Positions 7,771 to 16,662 of a DNA stretch of 64,000 nt are shown piece after piece. The position numbers were made by a program, and so were the translations under genes. The stretch comes from Dehalococcoidia bacterium (GTDB taxonomy: Bacteria > Chloroflexota > Dehalococcoidia > Plut-88900): positions 2,759,771-2,823,770 of the forward strand of contig OZ240215.1 of NCBI GenBank assembly GCA_965197585.1, in the 5' to 3' direction. Every line of letters begins with the position of its first letter. Position 1 is the stretch's first letter. Under the pieces are notes generated by a model. That model had not been told where the DNA came from. It made no database searches and saw only the letters and a program-made list of their open reading frames with translations.

Positions 7771-9015
7771 GTGAAGTTCAAACGCAAACTGCCCGCCATG
7801 ACCCGGTTGCGGGTCGTCATCATCCTGATCACCATCATCACTGTGATGGCGGTGTCTACCAACTACGGCCTCTACTACAAGATGGCCTACATCCTGGCCT
7901 TGCTCCTGGTCCTAAGCTACGGTTGGACATGGCTAAACGGGAAGTGGGTGACCATAACGGTAAAGAGGAACGTGGTCGCGGCACGGGCTGGGGAGTGGCT
8001 GGAGGAACAGCTGACGATAACCAACCGCTCGCGGGTAGTCCCCGTGGTCTGGATGGAGGTGGACGAGAAGAGCGACATGCCGGAACACGGTGGGGAGATG
8101 GTAATCAGTCTTCCCAGCGCGAGATTCGGGCAGTGGAGCCTCTGGACACACTGCACGCAGAGGGGTAAGTACCAGCTCGGGCCCCTGGCCGTAATCAGCA
8201 GCGACCCCCTGGGCCTGTTCCAGAAGAGCCGATGGTTCGGGAAGCCGCAACCGTTTACCGTTTATCCGTCCCTGGTCAGCCTGCCCAGTTTCGCACTGCC
8301 GTCCAGCGACCTGCCGGGCGACTCCACGTCCCGGCAGCATACGCAGGTGGTCACGCCAGCCGCGTCAGGCATCCGGGAATACATGCCCGGAGACAGCTAC
8401 AGCCGGGTGCACTGGAGAAGCACGGCGCGAACCGGGAAGCTGATGGTCAAGGAGTTCGAGCAGGAGGAGTCGGCGAAGGTGTGGATCGTGCTGGACATGG
8501 AGAAAAGGGTGCACCGGGGCTCGGGGCCGGAGAGCAGCGAGGAGTACGCGGTCACGGCGGCAGCCTCGATAGCCGACAAGTACCTACAGCGGGGACTGCC
8601 CGTGGGAATAACCGCGGTGGGCAACATCGAGCTGAACCTGGCCCCCAAGCCGGGAGTCAACCAGTTCGACCTGATAATGGACGGCCTGGCGGAGATCAAG
8701 GCCGAGGGGAAAGTGCCCCTTGCCGACGTGCTTAGAGACAGCGAAACCGTCTTCAATCGATACTGTACGCTGGTCATAGTGGCGCCAGGGCCGGAGGAGG
8801 AGTGGATGGGAACGGTGCAGCGGTTGTCACAGAAGAGGATACAGTCGGCGGTGGTGGTGCTGGACATCGAGAGCTTCGGGAGTGGAGTAAACGGGACAGG
8901 GAAATTGGCGGGCGGTGGATCTCTGGCCGGGGGCCAGATCCCGACATGCGTATTGGCAAAGGGGGAAGACTTGAGCGAAGCGTTGGCGATGGACTACGTG
9001 GGAAAGGCGGTTTGA
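7771..9015 (+). CDS. DUF58 (vWA-like) domain protein, MoxR partner
   Basis: It has two N-terminal TM helices and the DUF58 signature GIREYMPGDSYSRVHWRSTARTGKLMVKEFEQE. It sits in the conserved position after moxR. Confidence 0.85.
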   Translation: MKFKRKLPAMTRLRVVIILITIITVMAVSTNYGLYYKMAYILALLLVLSYGWTWLNGKWVTITVKRNVVAARAGEWLEEQLTITNRSRVVPVVWMEVDEKSDMPEHGGEMVISLPSARFGQWSLWTHCTQRGKYQLGPLAVISSDPLGLFQKSRWFGKPQPFTVYPSLVSLPSFALPSSDLPGDSTSRQHTQVVTPAASGIREYMPGDSYSRVHWRSTARTGKLMVKEFEQEESAKVWIVLDMEKRVHRGSGPESSEEYAVTAAASIADKYLQRGLPVGITAVGNIELNLAPKPGVNQFDLIMDGLAEIKAEGKVPLADVLRDSETVFNRYCTLVIVAPGPEEEWMGTVQRLSQKRIQSAVVVLDIESFGSGVNGTGKLAGGGSLAGGQIPTCVLAKGEDLSEALAMDYVGKAV

Positions 9016-9196
9016 GGGATTTGGTGAAGCGCATATGCTGTTTTCCCTCAAGGATCACCCTCACCCTAGCCCTCTCCCTCGATGGGAGAGGGACAGGACG
9101 CCCCACGCTCGACCCTTCGACCCTGCTCAGCGTGAGCGGCCCCTCACCGCCCACAATACAGGCATTGTGTCAGGCAAAAGAGAAGTGGTCTAGGGC

Positions 9197-11680
9197 ATGG
9201 CAGTAGCGGCGCCTAATCTGAAGAAGCACACCCCGGACTTCGAGCCTCTGGGTGGTCTGCCGCGCTCTCAGTACGGGCCCAAGGAGGGGTGGCTCACCTT
9301 CGTCATAGTGCTGCTGCTGGTGCTGTCGGTGGTCTGGTCGGTGGAGACGGCCCACTGGCTGGATGGGATGCCTTCTTACAGCATAACGTCGATTATTGCG
9401 GTGCTCACCGGAATGCTGCTTGCCAAGATAAAAACACGGGCGATATTCCTGCACGGGGGCAGCATCCTGTTGGCGTACGTGCTGATGGTCTGGCAGACGC
9501 GGTACCTGACTCCGGACGGGTGGTTCATAGTCAAGACCAGCGACATGGTGAGCAGGTTCCAGGTATGGGTGACGGCGGCGGAGTCGGGGGGGATTAGCGC
9601 GGACCCGCTACCCTTCGTGATCATCGTATTCATATTTACATGGATCGTTACTTACGTGGCGTCGTGGTTCGTGTTCCGGTCGCTGAGGTTCTGGCCGGCG
9701 GTGATCCCTGCGGGCCTCGCGCTGTTCCTCAACCTGCTCTATCTCCCCGAGAAGTTCTGGGTATTCTTCTACATGTTCATCCTGATGGTGATCCTGCTTT
9801 CCATGAGGATGTACTTTCTGCGGAAGAGGGCGGCGTGGGACCGTAAGGAGGTGCCCTACGTCAGGGGCATTTCGCCGGCGTTCGGGTTCACGACGCTGCT
9901 ACTGGCCGGGGTGATGATGCTGTCCGTGGTGCTGGTGCCTCGCACGGACTTCGGGCCCGACGTTATGAAAAAGGGCTGGTCGGTCATGAGCATCCCGTGG
10001 AAGGCCATGGAGACCGAGCTGGGCCGGGTATTGTCCTTCTTACCGGCGCAGATACCGTATACGATCCACAAGTTCGGGGATGCGTTCCCGTTCAGGGGGG
10101 CGAGCAATCTCGGGGACCACGTGGTGATGCAGATATCGTCGGGCCAGCCGGCTTACTGGAGAGCAGAAACCTTCGACATCTACACGCCAAAGGGGTGGCT
10201 GACAGGAGAGAGGGTCGACCTAAACGAGGCGTTCCTGCCGGGAGAGGACGAGGAGATAGCGGTCTACAGCGGTACGGAGCTTATCGAGCAGTCGGTGGAG
10301 ATGGGGGTGAGCTCGGATGCGATCTTTGCGGGTGCAAACCCGCTGCATGCTACACGGAGGTTCGAGATAGAGATCTCGCCGCCTATGACGTTCGAGATAA
10401 ACCTGTCCGAGCCGACGGACTTCGAGGCATTTCCTGAAGAGCTGAGGCCCGTGGCCCGGGCCATAAGGGCCGATGCCGAAAGTGGCACGCTCACCTTCAC
10501 CAGGGCTCTGGAGGCAATGCCGGAGGATACGATAATCCAGGAAATAGTGCGGGACGGGAGCAGGGCCAGCAAGGTAATCCTGTCCCGGAAGCCGCCTAAC
10601 CCACCGGACATCACGGCTTTGCGTCCCCAAAGAGACCTGAACCCCACCGACACCTATGATGCCATCTCCTACACTTCTATAGCGTCGGAGGAGGCGTTGA
10701 TGGAAGCAGGAACGGACTACCCGTCCTGGGTGACGGACAGGTACCTGCAGCTGCCGGACGATCTGCCGCGGAGGGTGCGGGGACTGGCGGAGGGGCTGAC
10801 GGACAATAGGGACAATCCGTACGACAAGGCGATAGCGATCAGGAACTGGCTGAGAAAGATACCGTTCTACACGACGGACATAGAAGCGCCACCGGAAGAA
10901 GCGGACGGAGTGGACTACTTCCTGTTCGAGACCAAGAGGGGGTACAGCAGCTACTTCTCGTCGTCGATGGTGGTGATGTTGAGGGCGGTCGGGATACCTT
11001 CGCGGCTGGCGGTGGGGTACTCGACGGGCGGGTGGGACGATGAGACGAGCCGATATGTAGTGATCAGCGCCAACGCCCACTCGTGGCCCGAGGCTTACTT
11101 CCCGGACTATGGTTGGATCACCTTCGAACCCGTGCCGCAGAACGACGTGATAATACGCGGAGGGTTCATCAAAGGAGATGAAGAGGAAGGCATCGAAGAC
11201 GTGGCCCGTTTGATGCAGGGCGGCGACCCGCCGGGCGTGGGACAGGATGTCCTCAGCCCCGTTGGAAGGCTATCCCTGGGGCCGATTCCGGGCTGGGGGA
11301 TTGTGGCAGTCGTCGCTGTAATAGCCGGGGTGGCGCTAGTTTTCCTAAGCCTAATCGTGTGGCTGGGGTACGGACTTAGAAAGCTGGGGGTTTCGGCGCA
11401 GGTCTACGGGAAAATGGCAAGGATGGCGAGACTTGCGGGTCACGGACCACGAGCCACGGACACTCCAAGGGAGTTCGCGTTGAACCTGGCGGTGGCAATG
11501 GACTCGGTGGACGGGCACATCGAACGGATTGGGGAGGTGTATGGGGCTCGGAACTACAGGTCGACGCCTCTGTCGGAGAGAGAACGGGAGTCGTTGGCCG
11601 GGGACTGGGACGCACTGCGACGGCAACTGTTCATCTGGTCCATCAAACGCAGGCTTACCGGTTGGAGAAACAAAGAATGA
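9197..11680 (+). CDS. TgpA-like transglutaminase-domain membrane protein
   Basis: It has about 6 N-terminal TM helices and a transglutaminase-core-like block KRGYSSYFSSSMVVMLRAVGIPSRLAVGY...NAHSWPEAYFPDYGWITFEP. A C-terminal TM helix and a DUF4129-like tail follow. It is the third gene of the MoxR cluster. Confidence 0.85.
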   Translation: MAVAAPNLKKHTPDFEPLGGLPRSQYGPKEGWLTFVIVLLLVLSVVWSVETAHWLDGMPSYSITSIIAVLTGMLLAKIKTRAIFLHGGSILLAYVLMVWQTRYLTPDGWFIVKTSDMVSRFQVWVTAAESGGISADPLPFVIIVFIFTWIVTYVASWFVFRSLRFWPAVIPAGLALFLNLLYLPEKFWVFFYMFILMVILLSMRMYFLRKRAAWDRKEVPYVRGISPAFGFTTLLLAGVMMLSVVLVPRTDFGPDVMKKGWSVMSIPWKAMETELGRVLSFLPAQIPYTIHKFGDAFPFRGASNLGDHVVMQISSGQPAYWRAETFDIYTPKGWLTGERVDLNEAFLPGEDEEIAVYSGTELIEQSVEMGVSSDAIFAGANPLHATRRFEIEISPPMTFEINLSEPTDFEAFPEELRPVARAIRADAESGTLTFTRALEAMPEDTIIQEIVRDGSRASKVILSRKPPNPPDITALRPQRDLNPTDTYDAISYTSIASEEALMEAGTDYPSWVTDRYLQLPDDLPRRVRGLAEGLTDNRDNPYDKAIAIRNWLRKIPFYTTDIEAPPEEADGVDYFLFETKRGYSSYFSSSMVVMLRAVGIPSRLAVGYSTGGWDDETSRYVVISANAHSWPEAYFPDYGWITFEPVPQNDVIIRGGFIKGDEEEGIEDVARLMQGGDPPGVGQDVLSPVGRLSLGPIPGWGIVAVVAVIAGVALVFLSLIVWLGYGLRKLGVSAQVYGKMARMARLAGHGPRATDTPREFALNLAVAMDSVDGHIERIGEVYGARNYRSTPLSERERESLAGDWDALRRQLFIWSIKRRLTGWRNKE

Positions 11681-12189
11681 AGTATACGGTCTTAGAGACA
11701 CCGATGGGGTGGATGGGGGTGGTGGCCTCGGAGGCGGGGGTGCGGAGACTGACTATTCCGCTGCCGACACCCGACGAGGCCATGAGCGATATCCAGCATG
11801 ATCTTGGCGGCGCGGAGCTAGACAACGACTATTTCATAGAATTGGATGAAAAGTTGCAACGGCTCTTCTCCGGGGAAGACGTACCCGTGGAAGATGCGGA
11901 CCTGGACCTGCCACAGGCCCCGGAGTTCACACGGGCCGTTTGGAAGGCCACCCGGGAAATCCCCCACGGGGAGACGCGCAGTTATGGCGACCTGGCAGCG
12001 GCAGTGGGACGGCCGCGAGGGGCACGGGCGGTAGGGCAAGTAATGGCGTCCAATCCTGTGGCGGTATTGATCCCATGCCATCGGGTCATAGCCAGCGACC
12101 GGGGGCTGGGTGGATACGGCGGCCACATCGAGATGAAGAAGCGGCTCCTGAAACTGGAGGGGGCCGAAGGGGTGCGGGGGCTCTCCTGA
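11677..12189 (+). CDS. ogt: Methylated-DNA--protein-cysteine methyltransferase
   Basis: It carries the PCHRV active site (VLIPCHRVIASDRGLGGYGG) and ETRSYGDLAAAVGRPRGARAVG. Its ATG overlaps the upstream stop (ATGA). The 11662 start in the track is probably too long. Confidence 0.85.
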   Translation: MKYTVLETPMGWMGVVASEAGVRRLTIPLPTPDEAMSDIQHDLGGAELDNDYFIELDEKLQRLFSGEDVPVEDADLDLPQAPEFTRAVWKATREIPHGETRSYGDLAAAVGRPRGARAVGQVMASNPVAVLIPCHRVIASDRGLGGYGGHIEMKKRLLKLEGAEGVRGLS

Positions 12190-12205
12190 GCGCCCTCCAC
12201 AACTC

Positions 12206-14206
12206 GTGACTACTACGCCAGGTCCCAACTCCGAGGAAGTCCACCCGCGCTTTCCACTGCTTTTCAGCCCCATAAGGGTGGGAAGTCTCACGCTCCGCGG
12301 CAGGATAGTGAACACGGCCCACGGGACGGGGTTCACAAAAGACCACCTCTTCACCGACCAGCACGTGCATTACTACGCGGAGCGGGCTCGGGGCGGGGCA
12401 GCGATGATCATCACTGAGAGCGCGTCGATACACCCAACGAGCAACATCGGGACTCAGGACACGCTCTGGGGATTCGAACGGGCCATCATCCCGTCCTATC
12501 GGAAGATTGCGGAAGCGGTGCACGGGCACGGGGCAAAGGTGGTGGTTCAGCTTAGCCACCAAGGCCGGCAGGGAGGCTCTGTAGAAGGGTTGCCGAGGTG
12601 GGCGCCGTCCTCGGTCGCGTCTCGAGAGTCGAGCTACGGGAACAACGAAGTCCCCCACGAAATGGACTCTTCGGAGATAGAGGAGTTGGTGAGGGCATTT
12701 GCCTTGTGCGCGGGATTCGCGGAGGAGGGCGGGTTCGACGGTGTGGAGCTTCACGGCGCGCACGGCAACCTGATCCACCAGTTCCTTTCGCCACTGACGA
12801 ATCATCGGGCGGACGAGTATGGGGGTGGGCTGGACAACAGGCTCAGGTTTGCGATGGAAGTAGTCAGTGCAGTACGGGGAGGGGTGGGGCGAGGGTTCGT
12901 GGTCGGGATGCGAATAAGCGGGGACGAGTTCGTGGACGGAGGTCTGGACCTTGAGCAGATGAAGGAGGCAGCGAGGCGGCTGACGGCGGAAGGGCAGGTG
13001 GACTACCTGAACGTGAGCAACAGCACCTACTCGGACCTTGGAAGCATGGCGAACCACATGCCGTCCATGTACTATCGGCCGGCGCAATTTTCGCACGTGT
13101 GGGAAGGGATAAAGAGCGCGGTAAATGTCCCAGTTCTGGGTATGGGCCGCATTAACACGCCCGAGTTGGCTGAAACGCTGCTATCGGAAGGGAAGACCGA
13201 CCTTATCGGTATGGTGAGGGAGCTTATAGCCGACCCTCGGCTTCCGGAGAAGGCCAGGGCAGGAGCGGTTGAGCAGATCAGGCCGTGCATCGGATGCATG
13301 CAAAGCTGCATAGGGCGGAGGACCAAGGGGATCCATATCACGTGCATCCATAACCCGGTCACGGGCCGGGAGGGAATTTGGGGTGAGATAGATGCTGCCC
13401 CGGTAGCGAAGTCGGTGCTGGTGGTGGGTGGTGGGCCGGGAGGACTGGAAGCGGCGACGATTTCGGCGCGGCGGGGGCATAAGGTGACGCTCGTCGAGAA
13501 GACTTCTCGGCTGGGAGGCCAGGCGCTAACCGCGTCTCGTGGCCCGATGCGGACCCAATTCGGAGAAATAGCCACGTTCGGAGAGGCTGAGGCCCGAAGG
13601 GCGGGGGTGGATATACGGCTGGATACGGAGGCGACGGTGGAGTCGGCGCTCGAATTCGGGGCCGACGTTGTGGTGGTGGCGACGGGGGCAGAAGCGTACT
13701 TGGGGATGGAAGGTTCGGCATCGGGGCCTGTTCTGATGACGGCAAATGAAGTGCTCGATGGAGACATCCCGAACAACCGCGAAGTGCTGGTGGTCGATAC
13801 CCAGGGTATGCATCCCGGGAGCGATGTTTCGGAGTTGCTGCTGGACCACGGGAACCGAGTCGAGATGGCGACCACGGCACCCTACGCGGGATCCAACCTC
13901 CAGCCGATGGTGTGGCGGGTAATCTACGAACGGCTGCTGAACAAGGGCCTTGAGGTGTCGGCGTTTACGGAGGTGGTGGGGATGGGGGAGGGGTCGGTGA
14001 AATTGAGGAGCACGATCACGGGGAAGGAGGGGAGTCGGGAGGGGGTGGACGTGGTGGTGTTCGCCGACAATCGGCGGGCGGTCGATGGGTTGTACAAGGG
14101 GCTGAAGGGTCGGGTGGGGGAGCTATATGCAGTCGGGGACTGCCTGGCTCCTCGTACGGTAGAGCAGGCTATGTACGAAGGGCACGAGGTGGGGCGGGGG
14201 ATTTGA
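12206..14206 (+). CDS. OYE-family NADH:flavin oxidoreductase fused to an FAD/NAD(P)-binding domain (2,4-dienoyl-CoA reductase FadH-like)
   Basis: HGAHGNLIHQFLSPLTNHRADEYGG marks the OYE barrel, RPCIGCMQSCIGR the Fe-S cysteines and VLVVGGGPGGLEAA the Rossmann fold. The start is GTG. Confidence 0.85.
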   Translation: MTTTPGPNSEEVHPRFPLLFSPIRVGSLTLRGRIVNTAHGTGFTKDHLFTDQHVHYYAERARGGAAMIITESASIHPTSNIGTQDTLWGFERAIIPSYRKIAEAVHGHGAKVVVQLSHQGRQGGSVEGLPRWAPSSVASRESSYGNNEVPHEMDSSEIEELVRAFALCAGFAEEGGFDGVELHGAHGNLIHQFLSPLTNHRADEYGGGLDNRLRFAMEVVSAVRGGVGRGFVVGMRISGDEFVDGGLDLEQMKEAARRLTAEGQVDYLNVSNSTYSDLGSMANHMPSMYYRPAQFSHVWEGIKSAVNVPVLGMGRINTPELAETLLSEGKTDLIGMVRELIADPRLPEKARAGAVEQIRPCIGCMQSCIGRRTKGIHITCIHNPVTGREGIWGEIDAAPVAKSVLVVGGGPGGLEAATISARRGHKVTLVEKTSRLGGQALTASRGPMRTQFGEIATFGEAEARRAGVDIRLDTEATVESALEFGADVVVVATGAEAYLGMEGSASGPVLMTANEVLDGDIPNNREVLVVDTQGMHPGSDVSELLLDHGNRVEMATTAPYAGSNLQPMVWRVIYERLLNKGLEVSAFTEVVGMGEGSVKLRSTITGKEGSREGVDVVVFADNRRAVDGLYKGLKGRVGELYAVGDCLAPRTVEQAMYEGHEVGRGI

Positions 14207-14230
14207 GGTATGATTCGACAGGGATAATAG

Positions 14231-14635
14231 ATGCCGATACCTTTCGAATTGATCATGGAACAGACTCCTGTATCTTACCAAACACGCAAAAAAGAGCGGC
14301 GTGGCAATTGGCGACAGGATGTGGAGAGCGCCGCAAGGCAAGTTTGGGGCCTGGAGTCTCCGGTTACCGCATCTGTAATGATTACCATCACATATATTTT
14401 TGACGACACACCAATTGACCTAGATAATATGGCCAAGCCCATTCTTGATGGATTGAAGGGAGTAGTCTTTCAAGATGATCGTCAAGTATTTGATTTGCTT
14501 TGTCGCATGAGAGATAGAAAGAAGAATTTGAGATTTCGCCGTGCGTCGCCAGAGTTGCTTAGCGCTCTTGCAACTTCCAAGCAAGCGCTACATATCAAAG
14601 TAGAGGCCATGCAGGAATTGGAGGTGGAATTTTGA
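14231..14635 (+). CDS. RusA-family Holliday-junction resolvase-like endonuclease
   Basis: IDLDNMAKPILDGLKGVVFQDDRQVFDL matches the RusA D.DN..K...D.L....DD..V core. The protein is 134 aa, and the segment is AT-richer than its neighbours. Confidence 0.6.
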   Translation: MPIPFELIMEQTPVSYQTRKKERRGNWRQDVESAARQVWGLESPVTASVMITITYIFDDTPIDLDNMAKPILDGLKGVVFQDDRQVFDLLCRMRDRKKNLRFRRASPELLSALATSKQALHIKVEAMQELEVEF

Positions 14636-15288
14636 TAGTCGATGTGCCCAATTCCGAATACATGCTAACCCGCCAGATAGCCGAGGAGTATCGGGGTAAG
14701 GGTTACCAGGTTTCTATAGGGCCTGCTCTTGATTTCCTAGACGGTTTCCGAGTGGACTTGGTTGTACACAAGGGTGACGAGACTAAAGTAATAGAAGTCA
14801 AGACCAGGGCTTCCCTAGCTGCGGACCGCAAAATCAGAGAATTAACAGAATCCATCGACTCAAAGCCAGGGTGGAGTTTCGAACTAGTGCTGGTTGGTGA
14901 GCCGGAGAATCTCTACGCGCCACCAGGTGCGGCGCCTTTTGAACAAGAGAAGATCGTTGAACGAGTTGAGGAAGCTGAAAAAGCGCTAGAAGCGGGTCTT
15001 TGGGAAGCTGCTTTCATGCTAGCGTGGTCGGCGTGTGAGGCCGCGACAAGAATATTGCTTGTTAATGAAGGGGTTTCAAAAGAAGGCATCACGTCGGCAA
15101 GCTACGTGGTGAATCAGGCTCGATACCTTGGATTACTTTCAAGGGACGACTATCTCAACTTGGCAGACATGGAGGCCCATCGGAACGCGATTGTGCATGG
15201 GTTTAGTCACGATGAGATAGGTAAAGAGCACGTTGTCAGGCTGCTTGAGACTGCGCGCAATCTGATGAGCGACGGTACTCTCAAGTAA
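14632..15288 (+). CDS. Fusion protein: N-terminal PD-(D/E)xK (archaeal HJ-resolvase/AHJR-like) domain plus C-terminal HEPN domain
   Basis: The N-terminal part reads EEYRGKGYQVS...FRVDLVVHKGDETKVIEVKTR (D...E.K). The C-terminal part is helical (EEAEKALEAGLWEAAFMLAWSACEAATRILL) and ends with AHRNAIVHG, an Rx4H HEPN motif. Its TTG start overlaps the upstream TGA. Confidence 0.55.
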   Translation: MIVDVPNSEYMLTRQIAEEYRGKGYQVSIGPALDFLDGFRVDLVVHKGDETKVIEVKTRASLAADRKIRELTESIDSKPGWSFELVLVGEPENLYAPPGAAPFEQEKIVERVEEAEKALEAGLWEAAFMLAWSACEAATRILLVNEGVSKEGITSASYVVNQARYLGLLSRDDYLNLADMEAHRNAIVHGFSHDEIGKEHVVRLLETARNLMSDGTLK

Positions 15289-15334
15289 CTGCTTGATGGG
15301 ATTTTTTGTGGCTCCACCCCACCCACCCCAAGAA

Positions 15335-15430
15335 CCCTCTCCCCCTTAGGGCCTTCAAGGGAGAGGAGGTGAGATGAATAGGGGCAAACACCTGCTAGTA
15401 ATCGCAGGTGTTTGCCCCTAATTCAGTACC
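15335..15430. repeat. Two-hairpin intergenic module, family C, copy 2
   Basis: Hairpin 1 is CCCTCTCCC-CCTTAGGGCCTTCAA-GGGAGAGGA. Hairpin 2 at 15381-15418 is GGGGCAAACACCTGC-TAGTAATC-GCAGGTGTTTGCCCC. The tail is TAATTCAGTACC. Confidence 0.75.
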
Positions 15431-15502
15431 GGGGGGAATAGAGAAATGAACCTACGGCAGGTAGTGTCGCCGAGAGAGCGGTTGGTCGGATAGACTGCGG
15501 GT

Positions 15503-16378
15503 ATGAACGCTTTTCCCCTGGGGTTGATGCTGCTCTCCGCCCTTTTCCATTCGACGTGGAACCTGCTGCTGAAACGCTCCGATAACCAGGAAGCGTTTGT
15601 GTTGGGGATAGTCGTAAGTGGAAGCGTGATGTTCGTGCCCTTGGGCATCGTTCTGTTCTGGCTATACCCGATAGATCCTCCGGGATACTTGTTCGCGCTG
15701 GTTTCCACAGGGTTTCAGAGTTTCTATTTCGTAATGCTGGGGCGGGCCTACTCCGGAGGTGATCTCTCACTGATCTATCCCGTGGCCCGGGGCATTGGCC
15801 CCATGCTGGTACCCATTCTGGCAGTGCCGCTGTTGGGGGAAAGAGTGGCGTGGCCCGCAATTATCGGGATTGCCCTGATAGTCGGCGGGATATACGTCGT
15901 TTCCTGGTGGGGCCGATTCCGGCAGATCATTGCCAGGCCGTCGACGCTGCTGCGAGATCGGGGTATCGGTTTTGCCGTGCTTGCCGGAATGGCGATAACC
16001 GGTTACTCGCTGGTGGACAAGCGCGGCGTGGAGCACGTTCAACCTTTCCTCTATATGTACATGCAGACTATTGGGGGCGCTTTGGCCCTGGCCCCGTACG
16101 TAGTACGCAGGCATGGTTTGGCCTCGGTGAGGCGGGAGTGGAGAACGAACACCAGGGCAGTTTTGGCAGCGGGTGTACTGGTCTTTGTCGCTTACGGGCT
16201 GGCGTTGACGGCATTCTCCCTGGCGCAGGTCAGCTATATGGCGCCGGCACGGGAGTCTGGCATTGTGATAGGGGTGCTATTGGGAGTCTTCGTGCTGAAA
16301 GAATCGTTTGGCAAAGGTCGACTGCTGGGCTCGGGCTTCATTGTGGGGGGGCTAGCGTTGATTGCGCTGTCTCCCTAA
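15503..16378 (+). CDS. EamA/DMT-superfamily transporter
   Basis: The protein is about 10 TM helices long and has two internally similar halves, with the EamA-like ending GLALIALSP. Confidence 0.75.
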   Translation: MNAFPLGLMLLSALFHSTWNLLLKRSDNQEAFVLGIVVSGSVMFVPLGIVLFWLYPIDPPGYLFALVSTGFQSFYFVMLGRAYSGGDLSLIYPVARGIGPMLVPILAVPLLGERVAWPAIIGIALIVGGIYVVSWWGRFRQIIARPSTLLRDRGIGFAVLAGMAITGYSLVDKRGVEHVQPFLYMYMQTIGGALALAPYVVRRHGLASVRREWRTNTRAVLAAGVLVFVAYGLALTAFSLAQVSYMAPARESGIVIGVLLGVFVLKESFGKGRLLGSGFIVGGLALIALSP

Positions 16379-16413
16379 GCTCGCGTCGGTCCGCCCTCAG
16401 GTAGGCGTCGCGG

Positions 16414-16638
16414 TTAACAGGGCACAGGCTCGTCTACCTCTTCACCTTCGAGGACGGAGCGGGCTTCGTCAAGCATTTCTTCCTGAACGAGGATGCCGCA
16501 GGGTCGGATGGAGACGCCAAGAAAAGCGCTGGTGTCGCCGGGGTTGAGGCGAAATGGAATACCGCTGTAGGTGAGGAGGCCGCCCCACATTTCGGCGATG
16601 ATCTGGTCGGGGGCGGTGGCTACTAGGACCCACTTCAT
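16414..16638 (-). CDS. Small DUF2007-like protein (putative signal-transducing protein)
   Basis: 74 aa, MKWVLVATAPDQIIAEMWGGLLTYSGIPF... This is recalled from family resemblance only. Confidence 0.45.
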   Translation of the reverse strand: MKWVLVATAPDQIIAEMWGGLLTYSGIPFRLNPGDTSAFLGVSIRPCGILVQEEMLDEARSVLEGEEVDEPVPC

Positions 16639-16662
16639 AAAACTGACCAGTACTGGGTCACT

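Noticed and set aside
16644-16660. Hairpin TGACCAGTACTGGGTCA plus UUUU as a terminator between the DUF4268 gene and the next gene
   Set aside because: Only about 5 bp can pair around a usable loop, and the U-run overlaps the next start codon. This is too weak to call.
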